A stretch of DNA of 62,456 nt, filler included, from Kipferlia bialata (Eukaryota), in the NCBI GenBank assembly GCA_003568945.1. It is 4 parts of 3 records of this genome, joined end to end, with 100 filler letters (N's around TTAATTAATTAA, not from the genome) between each part and the next. Parts side by side here need not be neighbours in the genome. Positions count along the whole stretch, not along the records: positions 38,319 to 52,056 come from BDIP01000085.1; 3 more parts are not named here. The stretch is one strand, 5' to 3'. Each line of letters opens with the position of its first letter. The stretch's first letter is position 1. Shown one piece after another: positions 38,384 to 48,995 of this stretch. The position numbers and the translations under genes are program-made. Below the pieces are notes generated by a model. The model was not told the origin of the DNA. It did not search any database and saw only the letters and a program-made list of their open reading frames with translations.

Positions 38384-41360
38384 TGGCAAGGGACGCCCCA
38401 CCAGGATGGTCTTTGAGGTGAGTAATACACCACTGGGTGTGCACTTCTGGTAGACAATGGGTCTTGACATCTGGAGCTGGTGTCAGTGCCTACTGTGTAT
38501 ATATATTGTAAACACCCATACCCCACCCCCAGGCCATCGAGCAGGAGCTTGTGTCCTATCTGGAGAGGAATGCTATGGCAGAGTTCTACCAGAGCAGGTG
38601 TGTACCAGAATTTGTATATACTATGTATATAGTGTAACACACGTATAACTCCTCCAACAATACCTCTCTCTATCTCTCTCCACCCCCTATCATTCCCACC
38701 CCCAGATACTATGTCCTGATCGACATGCTCTGCAGGATATGTGTGGAGTCAACAACATACTCCAAGGTGTGTGTGTGTACATGTTCACATTGTCTCTTCT
38801 CATTTGCCAGCTCCTCTCTTACTCTCTCTCTCTCTTCATTTCCTCCTCTGACCCCCAGGACTTCTTCCGGGACTTCTTCCTGCTCAACGTCAGGGACAAG
38901 GAGAGGGTAGGGCTGTGTGTAACTATATGTATATATAATATTTAATATATGTATATATAATATAATATAAATCTCTATATGTCAGAGACAAGGAGAGGGT
39001 ATGGGGTAGTTATGTATATTCTATACTGTGTTACTGGAAATAGTGTATATTCCAGAATACTATAGTCAATAGATTCAGCATCCACCCACCCCCAGGCCTC
39101 CTTTGTCAATCCCCTGTCTGTGGTAGAGGGGTTCAACCCAGAGAGCAGGACAGAGTCGGGGTACACAGGTGGGTATTTGTACGTATACATGTAATTTCCA
39201 CTTCGTATACAGATTGTTTGCTCATGTACTGAGGTCTCTCCCTCCCTCTTTCTCACTGTAGATGAGGTTGGCCTCCCCCTGCATATACATGGGTGTAGTG
39301 TTTATACACCCACCCTCACAAATATACATATAGATACGCTACCATAACCCCAGACGAGGTTGGCCTCCCTCTTGGGTCTGTCCTCATGAGACTGGACAAC
39401 ATGGCCAACGGGACATACCTCAATGGGACGGTGAGTGTATGTATATATTTATATATATATATATATTTATGTGTTTCTCTCTCTCTCTCTCTCTAAATAT
39501 ATATACACCCCTAACCCCCAGTCCAACTGCCTGTCTGAGTTCTCTTTTTTTTTCTCTCTCTCTCTATACATATACACACACACATATATATATATATATA
39601 TATTAATACTAATACCAGCCCAACTGCCTGTCCGAGGCCGAGCACGACGCCATCATCATGGCCCACCACATCATCACACAGCATGTGCACACATACAGCA
39701 CATACAGCGCAGACAGTAGTGGCACTACCCCTGGGTATGATGTCATGGGTGGGGATGGGGGGGCACTGGCAGATGCCTCCCCAGTCACAGACTGTGCACC
39801 CATGCTCAGGAGTGGCGCAAAGGTGTATACATATATTCCGTGTGTATATGTGAATACTATATATGTATGTACACTCTATATGTACTCTTACCCCCCAGGA
39901 CAAGGCCGACAAGGCTGCCAACAGGACACCCAACGTAAGTGGCCCATCTCTGTCTCTTCCATACTCGTACAAACCTAGATGTGTATATACTCATCGTTCT
40001 TGGATGACCTCTTTGATAGATATTGTGTACATAGCGAGGAGCATAATAGTAGATACCATTGTGTATCCTGCATCCCACTCCATCCCCTCTAACCCTCCCA
40101 GACCCCCTTCACCACCAAGAGGGACAGGAGGCTGAAGGTGGGACACATACATATGCGGTGATTGTTCTCTGTCATTCTCTACTGTAACATTGCTCCCTTA
40201 CATCAAGGGCACCCACGGGTAGTGTACAGTACTTTGTCATGAATATGTCGATGCATAACCTCCATCCTCTATATATCACTGTTCATTCTACCACCAGGGC
40301 ACCCACGAGCTTGACTTTGTGAGACAGGTGTTCACATCAGAGACGTGGGAGGAGGAGAGAGGTGGGTGTATGAGTATAGTATGAGAGTGTCATGGGTATC
40401 TTTGACAATTGATAGAGTACCTACTCAACCTCTATCTGACTTCCAGCCTCCCGGTTCCTCCCCCCCACCCCGACCAGGGAGAGGAAGGACCTGAAGGGGG
40501 AGAGAGAGGATGGGTCCAGTGCATCACTGCCCACCATGTACGTTTGTCTGTCTCTCTACCTCGAGAAAATGCCTCACTGTAATATGTACTCTCTCTCTCT
40601 ATGTATAATCTGTATTCTAGTAACTGTACACAATATATAGTATACCCATACTAACCATACCAGCCCTGAGGCAGGCACCCAGGCTGAGTATGAGCTGCAG
40701 GAGGGTAGGGAGGAGAGGGCCAAGGAGGTGTTCCTGGCACAGCCACCGGTATGGGGTAGTATATAATAGAGTGTACATTGGTATTATACACACATATGTG
40801 TATACATCAGCATCACTGTTTCCACTTCCAACTCCAGGTCAAGGTGTACCGTCTCCCCAAGCGCCCTAGACGTATCATCTGGGCACCCTCGTTCAGTGTG
40901 TTTGAGACATTCCCCCCACACGCCAGGGTATGTATACATAATATATAGACATATCACATATAGAGAGAGAGAGAGGTATCTAGGAGTCATTAATATATAA
41001 TATGAATGTCTATATATATATGTATATGTATATATTACCCCCCCCCCCCACACACACACACCTAACCAATCAGGAGCAGATGGAGACCATTGGTGAGGCC
41101 AAGTTTGTCCGTGCTGCCTCCTTCATAGCACTCCCTGCCATAGTGGACAGTGCCATGCAGGAGCTAGGTATGCACTGTATACTATCACACGTACACATAT
41201 ATGTAGACATGCACTGTAGCTCTAGTAAATATCCCCCCCCCACCCCCCAGGCCTGTATGACTCCCTGCACATACCCAGAAGACTCATGTGGCACTGCGCA
41301 TCTACTCTGCAGGAGGCATACAAGTCAGGTATATACTCTTATACCACTAAGAGACTCCGA

Positions 41361-41399
<39 letters not shown>

Positions 41400-41461
41400 G
41401 CATACAAGTCAGATATGTGTAGTGTACTTGTGTGAATCAGACGTAGAGACTCATACACATG

Positions 41462-41493
<32 letters not shown>

Positions 41494-42595
41494 CCCCTGT
41501 CTAACTGCCAGAGAACCCCTACCACAACTCCACCCATGCATCTGATGTCACCCACATGGCTGTGTCGATGGCAATAGCTATGTTAAGGTATGGCTAGTAT
41601 AACTATATATATATATATCATACTAGTGTATATAGTATATGTATGGTATGTCACTGATGTCACCCACATGGCTGTGTCCATGGCTATTGCCATGCTGAGG
41701 TATAGTGTACATATGCTCTGTACATATGTATTTATGGCGTGAGTAGAGGGCATATTGGGTTTTCTGTGTCAGTAACATGACAGTGTCCATGGAGAGATGG
41801 CTGTCGCTGTGTGTTTCTCTCATCTCTCTCCCCTTCTACCCCCCAGACAGAACCCCCATGTCTTTGGCTCCCTAGAGATGCTGGCCCTGATCCTGGCATG
41901 TGCCTCACACGACGTGCAGCACCCCGGTACAACAGATTAATATATATATATATATATGCATCTATATAGATATATGTGCAGTACCCAGGTGTGTTTATGA
42001 ATTCATACAGATATATATATATATATATATGTATTTCTTTGTGTCACGTGTATATACCATCCCCACCCCCAGGGTGTGACAAGAAGGTCTTGTCACACTC
42101 TCTCTCTCTCACACACACACACATATATATATATGTATGAATATATGAGTACTATATGTATCTCATATCCTCACATACACAGGGTATGACAACAAGTTCC
42201 TCCCCCCCCCTCTCTCTCGACCCATTGCTTCTATGTATATACTCCCCCCACCAGTATATATTCTATACATAAATTATCCCACCCCCCAGGGTATGACAAC
42301 AAGTCCCTGTCAAATATATATTAATATATAAGTATGTATATGAGTACTATATGTATCTGATATCCTCACATACCCAGGGTATGACAACAAGTTCCTGTGC
42401 CGCACCAGACATGAGATAGCAGTCAGGTATCGGTGCATGTGCTTGAACCTATACTCTCTCTCTCTCTCTCTCTCCCTCTCTCCCTGTCTTACTCTCTCTC
42501 TCTCTCTCTCTCTGTCTTAATCTCTCTGTCTTAATCTCTCTGTCTCACCCTGTAGATTCAACTTCCGGTCTGTCCTTGAGAACCACCATGCCCAA
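38384..42595 (+). CDS. Class I cyclic-nucleotide phosphodiesterase with N-terminal RGS-like segment (both ends missing)
   Basis: ENPYHNSTHASDV (41512 onward), LALILACASHDVQHPGYDNKFL and SVLENHHAQ are canonical PDE motifs. The upstream exons give VFEAIEQELVSYLERNAMAEFYQSRYY, which resembles the end of an RGS domain. Confidence 0.85.
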
Positions 42596-42661
42596 GTAGG
42601 GTGGGGCATAGTGCAGAGGAGCAGGGTCATAGAGGTGGGTATAGTATATATACATATTCAG

Positions 42662-42662
<1 letters not shown>

Positions 42663-42703
<41 letters not shown>

Positions 42704-42768
42704 ACCCCACCCGGAGGGGGGGGGGGGGGGGGGGAGGGGGGGCGGGGGGGGGGGGGGGGGGGGGGGGG
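42663..42768. repeat. Poly-C followed by poly-G tract (self-complementary)
   Basis: About 40 C, then about 50 nt of nearly pure G. Confidence 0.9.
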
Positions 42769-42778
42769 ACTCCCATAC

Positions 42779-43209
42779 CTAGGAAAAGACCTGTGCATGT
42801 ATCCTTGTTCTCCTCCCCGAATGTACCGAAGCGCCTCTTGGCCTTGACCTGGGGTATCAGAAGTGTGTTGCATTTTACTCCACACGAAATTGAACCAGCT
42901 CTATCTGAGACATCCATCCCCCCCTACACAACCCCAGAACAGCACACATTACACAGTGGCATTGGTCTCATACCTCATGTGTGATCAGATGCATCTCTAG
43001 GAACAACGGTTGCCTGGGGTCACAAGAGGTATCACTACAATACATAGCTGTAAACAGATGTGGTTGCTCACCACCTACTCTCACTCCACCCATGTACACA
43101 CACAACCCACCTACACCTGCCGCAGCAGTATGCGAATGTCTCCTCGGTCTCTGTCATGTTCACTACACCTAGAAAGGTGATATGTTCATCAAATATGTAC
43201 CATACTCAT
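42779..43209 (-). CDS. 5' exons of a hypothetical protein, truncated at the poly-C/G tract
   Basis: ATG-A microexon at 43209-43206, then in-phase exons giving MSVVNMTETEETFAYCCGRQPLFLEMHLITHEVKAKRRFG...TGLFL. Confidence 0.5.
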
Positions 43210-43364
43210 TCTGAACCCTTTGTTGTTTTTTACAGTACTCTACACCCTTTAGTGTCAAGGCAAAAACAACAGAGTCAATATTCTGCCAGGCTGAGGTGTT
43301 CATTCAGCGACGTGAAGGGATAGATAGGTGGGACACACTGGCGTTGAACACTGGGCCCGTTGAC

Positions 43365-43883
43365 ATGTCTCGGTCCGGTGTGAGCCGGTCAGACCTGGGT
43401 CGCGACCCGATCTTGCAGTCCGAGCAGCTGCTGCTGGAGGGCAGGGCTGGCGATGCCCTGAAGGTGCTGGAGACCTCCCACATGCAGCACCCCAGCCCGC
43501 CCATCCTGATCAAGCTGGTGAAGCTGACGTTGAGGTGCGGTGGTGTGCTGTATTTTCCATGATGGCTCTGCTGGAGTGTATCCTTACATATGCATGTATT
43601 TGTACTTACTCACTCCCTGTATGTATACTCATTCCAGCTTTGCCGCCGACCACATGCGAGAGGGCAACCTGTCCTCTGCCAAGAGGATGCTCAACAGTGT
43701 GGCATGGCATCTGAAGGATCCTGCTGCCTGGCCCGACAGGTTGGTACAACCCCAACCCCATTGGTAGACCAGTATGAAATCTGGACCCATATGGCATCTC
43801 AATGTCTCTCACTCCCAGGGATCTGCGGCGACACCTGCTCTGCCAGCTGTTCAGTAATAAGGGGTGCATGCACCGCAGACTAG
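43365..43883 (+). CDS. TPR-like helical repeat protein, 5' exons
   Basis: ATG at 43365. Three exons ending ...LLCQLFSNKGCMHRRLG (TPR-like N.G..Y...G). Confidence 0.5.
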
Positions 43884-44064
43884 GTGGGTGTATATCAGTA
43901 TATGCTGGGTCTGACCTCTATCACCTATATATGTTCTAGTCACAGGTAATTTGGATATCTATCACACTTCATGGTTCATTATCTTGTTCTGTGATGCTTT
44001 ATTTGGGTATCTCTCCCCTCCCCCCCCCCCCTCCCCCTCTTCCCCCCCCCCCCCCCCCCCCCAG

Positions 44065-46038
44065 GCCATGTCATGTCCATCTCCCTGTGCCACATTGTGG
44101 CAGATGGCAGTGGGGCCTTTGCCTTCATGCACTCCTGGGGACAGGTCCACAGGGGGGAGGCAGTCACACAGACACCGGTCCACAACAGGTGGGGCAGGCG
44201 CTGGGTGTATACATAGTATATGTATATATTAATGCACTCCCTTCCTTTACCCAACTAGGCATGTTGCGGTACTGATACTCACCCAGGTCTCTCTTCTCTT
44301 CTGGTGGCGCAGAGCCGTGCTCCCCTGAGGAGGTAGGATGCACCTTGATGACGTGTTCTCTCTTACGTTCTTATGTTTCTATATGTTGCTGCAATATATA
44401 CTCTGGTGTGCACGTGTACCTCTATTAACGTACTGTGTGCCCTCCTAGACACCCCCACCCCCAGGGCAATGCCATGTACCTGGTGATGCCCCCCATGCCT
44501 GCTGTCATGCCTCCTCCACCGGTGGAGGCATGCGACTTGGTAGGGGTTGTGAGACAAGCTACATCACCTATAGCCATCTACTCATCGCATCCCCACCCCA
44601 GAATCGCCCTGCCCCTGCCCCACCTGTCATGCCGGTCATAGTGGGTATGTACCTGTAGAGAGAAATATAGATTGTGTTCAGCAAATATATGTATGAGTGG
44701 TCGTGATGCTATTGACACTGTGTGATGAGTGTATACCACATCCTACCACGGCCCTACCCCTCCCACCCCAGGTACCTGCCTCCACTTCCCCCCCTCAGAG
44801 CTATCAGCCCTCAAGGCACAGGCCATGGGCGAGGGGCTCGAGGGCTTCGTGAGGTGAGGCAGTTTCTTGCTCCTTCTAACCCCTGCAATACTGTCATCGC
44901 TCTCCAGTGATGGGGTCTGGTGTATAGAGGAATACTCCTTCATACCCAGTGTCTCCCTCCTCACCCCAGCACCCAGGATGCCCTGTCTGCCCATCTGTGG
45001 CAGTGCATAACTAGGGCAAGGGGGCTGGATGCAGACAGCATGACAAGGTACATAGGCCAGATATAAAGTTGTCAACAGTCTCTTTGTCTTTATACATATG
45101 CCACTGACTGTGCCCCCCCCCCCCCTTACCCCCTTACCCAGACACACCATGGCAGCCAATGCCAGACAGAGGCTGTCCCCCCCTGTACCTGATGGGTACT
45201 TCGGCAACTGTGCCCTGCTGCCATCCACCGACAGCGTCAAGGTGCGCATCATGCAGTGTATGCAACAAGTGATATGAGTTATAGGTCTATGTGTCGCTTT
45301 GTATCTCAGACAGCATTAAGGCAAGCAGTGTGTAGAGTAGTTCTAATGAAGACATCTCTGCCTGACCCCCCAGGTGTCTGCCCTCCTGTCCCTGCCCCTG
45401 TCTACTGTGTCTAGGATGGTCAGACAGTCACTCACAGACCTCACTCCGGACAGGGCTAGGTGCATCCATCTCATTCTCTGCTGCAGTAGTGAGCACCTCC
45501 CTCTCCTGTCTATATCTCTTTGTCTCTACCCCCAGGGCTGTTGTGTCCTTCCTCGAGCACACCGAGGTGGGCAGTCTCTGCGCAGCGGCAGGTAGGGATG
45601 ACCATACTCTTATGATATATTCAACATTGCTGTCCGACTAACCCCCATGCTTCATCTCTGCCATCATGGGAGGTGACTATGCCCAGACCAACTGGTCCTC
45701 CTTCCCCATGTGGCAGGTGGACTTTGGCCAGGGCACACCCATCTGGGGGTCCATACCAGACGGACCCATGGCACCAGGTAGGCAGAGAGAGAGTAGGCAG
45801 ACAGGGTCTATTCTCACTCACACACTCTCGTAGACTCCATCTCCCACCCCCAGGCTGTGTGTGGATCACCAAGGCCCCTCAGGGAGGCCTAGTGGTCACT
45901 CTCGGCATGGAGCAGGTACCGCCAACATATATACAGTGGTATACGTGTCATTATACATGTCTCTCTCTACCCCCCTGACCCCAGTCCCAGTTGGATGCCC
46001 TTCAGGCAGACCCAGAGCTGCACAAGTACAGTCAGTGA
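44065..46038 (+). CDS. BAHD/transferase-family acyl-CoA-dependent acyltransferase (N-terminus missing)
   Basis: Catalytic HxxxDG as CHIVADG (44088-44108), ANARQRLSPPVPDGYFGN, and a DFGWG-like VDFGQGTP (45717 onward). TGA at 46036-46038. Confidence 0.8.
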
Positions 46039-46231
46039 GGGGACACGATGACACTCGCACTCATTCCACTTGTATGTACAATAACAGAATAGACATGTGT
46101 AATAGAAATCATGTGTGGGGACACTGCTACGCCAACATCCTTGACAAGGGGCACATGTATCACCTCTGCACCCACCCTAAGGGTAATGCCCCTATCCTGT
46201 GTAATAGATGTGGCACCTATTCCATGCATCA

Positions 46232-47643
46232 CTACCCCTCCTGAGTCCATATCTCCAGGACAGACAGCCCTGCTGCTGCATCCACCTTCCCCTGCTCATC
46301 GCTCTTTGTCCTGTGCACCACCCATGCACCCACCCCTGGGGCACATGCCTCTAATAGGGGCACACCCATACTCATCCTGGGACAGACACATCCAGCCTCA
46401 AAGGGTATGGGAGACCACTCCCCACTCAGAGCATCCCATGCATACAGCCCCTGGTCCCACCACCGGTGCCACATCTCGTGGCCACCATTATTGATGGTCC
46501 ACTGGTTCTTGACTCTCTTAGGGTTAGACGGGCAGTATAGAAGACTCATACCATGTATATACTTCATGAGACCCCTGACACAGTGAACTTTGCCACCAAC
46601 AGTAGATAGTATATGGGTGAGTACCTGCATCACCAGAGCGTGTGCCCCCTCCCACCCCACCAGCATGTTGATGTCATACTCATCGTGTCCTAGCTCTGTC
46701 TCCAGGCCACACCCAGGCAGAGACACCAAACCCCACCCCTTGGCGTGTGAATATGCATGCCCTGTCTCACTCCCCTTCCTGACACAGTAGAGAGTGTCAC
46801 CCAGCACAGTACAGGACACGGGGTCAGGCCTACTCACTCTGTGATTGGTCATGCCATGTGTCTGCAGCTTGTATATCTCAGCCTCAGAGTATAGCAGTTC
46901 ACTGGGAGGGGTATACTGTTGCCATGTCCCGTCTGAAGGGGTGTACGACAGCATGGTGGGCTGGGTCAGAGGAAGGGGGTATTCATACAATATATACAGT
47001 ATATATTATACAGAAAAGACTCTAAGTATGTCTGAGTGCTTGGATCTCATGGGTATCTCTTTACCTTCAGCCTATTACAGAATCTGGGCTGCAGGTGGCC
47101 AATGAGTATCAGCCGTTCCCCTAGCCTAAGGTGAGACATTGGGGCCTATATGGGCACAATTGACAGTGACTGAAGTATACTACTTTACCAGGAGGGAACC
47201 TAGCACAACTGGAATGACCTGTATGTTAATACATCCCCACCTGCACTGTATAGGGTCTCTGAGCCACATGGAGGGGGTCGATACCCCATCCCCTGTCTGT
47301 CTATGCACAGTGTCCGACACAGACCCAGTGTCTGATCCAGTATCACTAACGCACCAAGGTGTCTGTGTGCACTGAAGAGTATCCAGACACAGGGTGTACA
47401 GAGACAGGTGGACAAGGTTGAGGTTGTGTCTGGGGGTAGGGAGAGAGTGATGGTGTCAAGGCCTTTGTGAACAAGTATAGATGTTAGTGGTGCCACACCA
47501 AGAGAGAAAAGTGGAGAGAGAGAGCAAGAGAGAGATGGATAGGAGAATGAAGGAGGGGGGGGGGCGCTGAGCCACCTGTGTGTGCATATGAACACCACAT
47601 GGGCGTCGTCTGTCTGATACCCACAGACTGATCCCTCACCCGG
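46232..47643 (-). CDS. Divergent Kelch/beta-propeller-like protein (5' end missing)
   Basis: 252-aa ORF with MLSYTPSDGTW, CTVLGDTLYCV, STVGGKVHCV and AWDALSGEW propeller-blade patterns. Upstream exons have GT-AG boundaries. Confidence 0.5.
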
Positions 47644-47852
47644 CTGAGGGTAAGTGGGGGGGGGGGGGGGGGGGGGGGGGGAGGGGGGGGGGGGGGGCGG
47701 GGAGGGGGGGGGGTCATGGACCGCCTGAAGGTGTCTTATGTGTTGTATTCCGCCCCCAACTCAGGACCAGAAAAACTACAGAAGACTATACTATAGACTA
47801 TCTCTTTCAGACTCTGCTGTACAATGCCTCTATACATTGTCTCATTACGAAC

Positions 47853-48128
47853 CTTGTAGGTACCGTTGTAGGGCCCGGTGGAGCGCTTGAACACGACGTG
47901 CTTGGAGGATGTCTCTCTGAGCTTGTACTTGATGGGACTGAACAGACCTGAGGGGAGAGAGACTCACTTAGAGAGCGAGCATCTTAACACATGGGAGATT
48001 AGTACATTGACTCCAATACAAGCATGAAATGGATAAAGACAGCACATACACGTACCAATGTACCAGCAGACAGCCAGCACTCCCACCAGAACGGACACCG
48101 CCACAGTTGCAATGGTCTTAGTCTCCAT
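47853..48128 (-). CDS. N-terminal TM + GyrI-like/TEX264-like protein, 5' exons only
   Basis: METKTIATVAVSVLVGVLAVCWYI|GLFSPIKYKLRETSSKHVVFKRSTGPYNG resembles the TM-GL(F/L)...YK.H.G.Y start of TEX264/GyrI-like proteins. Confidence 0.45.
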
Positions 48129-48334
48129 CTTGCTCTTGGAACTGGGTATCAGTGCGAAATCGTGTTTGACCTGAACCCTTTTGCGTTTTCAATCTGGTAG
48201 TGAAAGGGTCTAGGCCCAAAACCCGACTGATGCTCAGTCTGTCTTCCTGAGGAACTACTGAGCACATAGAGTACCCCCTGGAGTAGTGTATTTCTTCTGA
48301 GTGTACGTGGTTAGTGGTATATTGAGTGGCTGCC

Positions 48335-48959
48335 ATGACATTCTCCTGGGTGGGTCTATACCTGTGGGGCACCTGTGCAGTCTTTGGTCTGTCCTGTGTA
48401 GTGTATGCGGCTAGTTCTGCACTGCTGGGCTGGGCCAATAGGAGTCAGGGGGGAGCAGTGACTAAGGATGTGAGGGCACAGAATGCAAGGGTCAGGTATG
48501 GTGGGTATGGGGAGATCCCTCTCTCGCGTTATGCATAGATATGCTTGCATGCATATCCTATTAGCCTAGGCTTATGCGCCTCTCTCTGTCTCTCTTTTTT
48601 TCTCTCCCTCTCTCTCTCTTAATTAATATACGTTCAGATGCATTTGTAGACACACTGATACATGCCTCATCCCAGGTTCATGCTCCTGACCCCCTCTCTC
48701 TCTCTCTCTCTGTACACACACATACATCAGAGATACTTATGTACACATGATCAATTCATGCCTCATCCCAGGTTCATGCTCCTGACCCTCTCTGCCGCTG
48801 CCCTTCTGTTCTGTGTGCAGTATGCATTCATGATAGGTCAGTACCAGGGTTTGTATATAATAATGTATGTATGTATATATATATATATTATACATATATA
48901 TGTGTGTGTTCTGGGTGCAGTATGCATGATAGGTCAGTACCAGTGTATGTATAATAATG

Positions 48960-48995
<36 letters not shown>

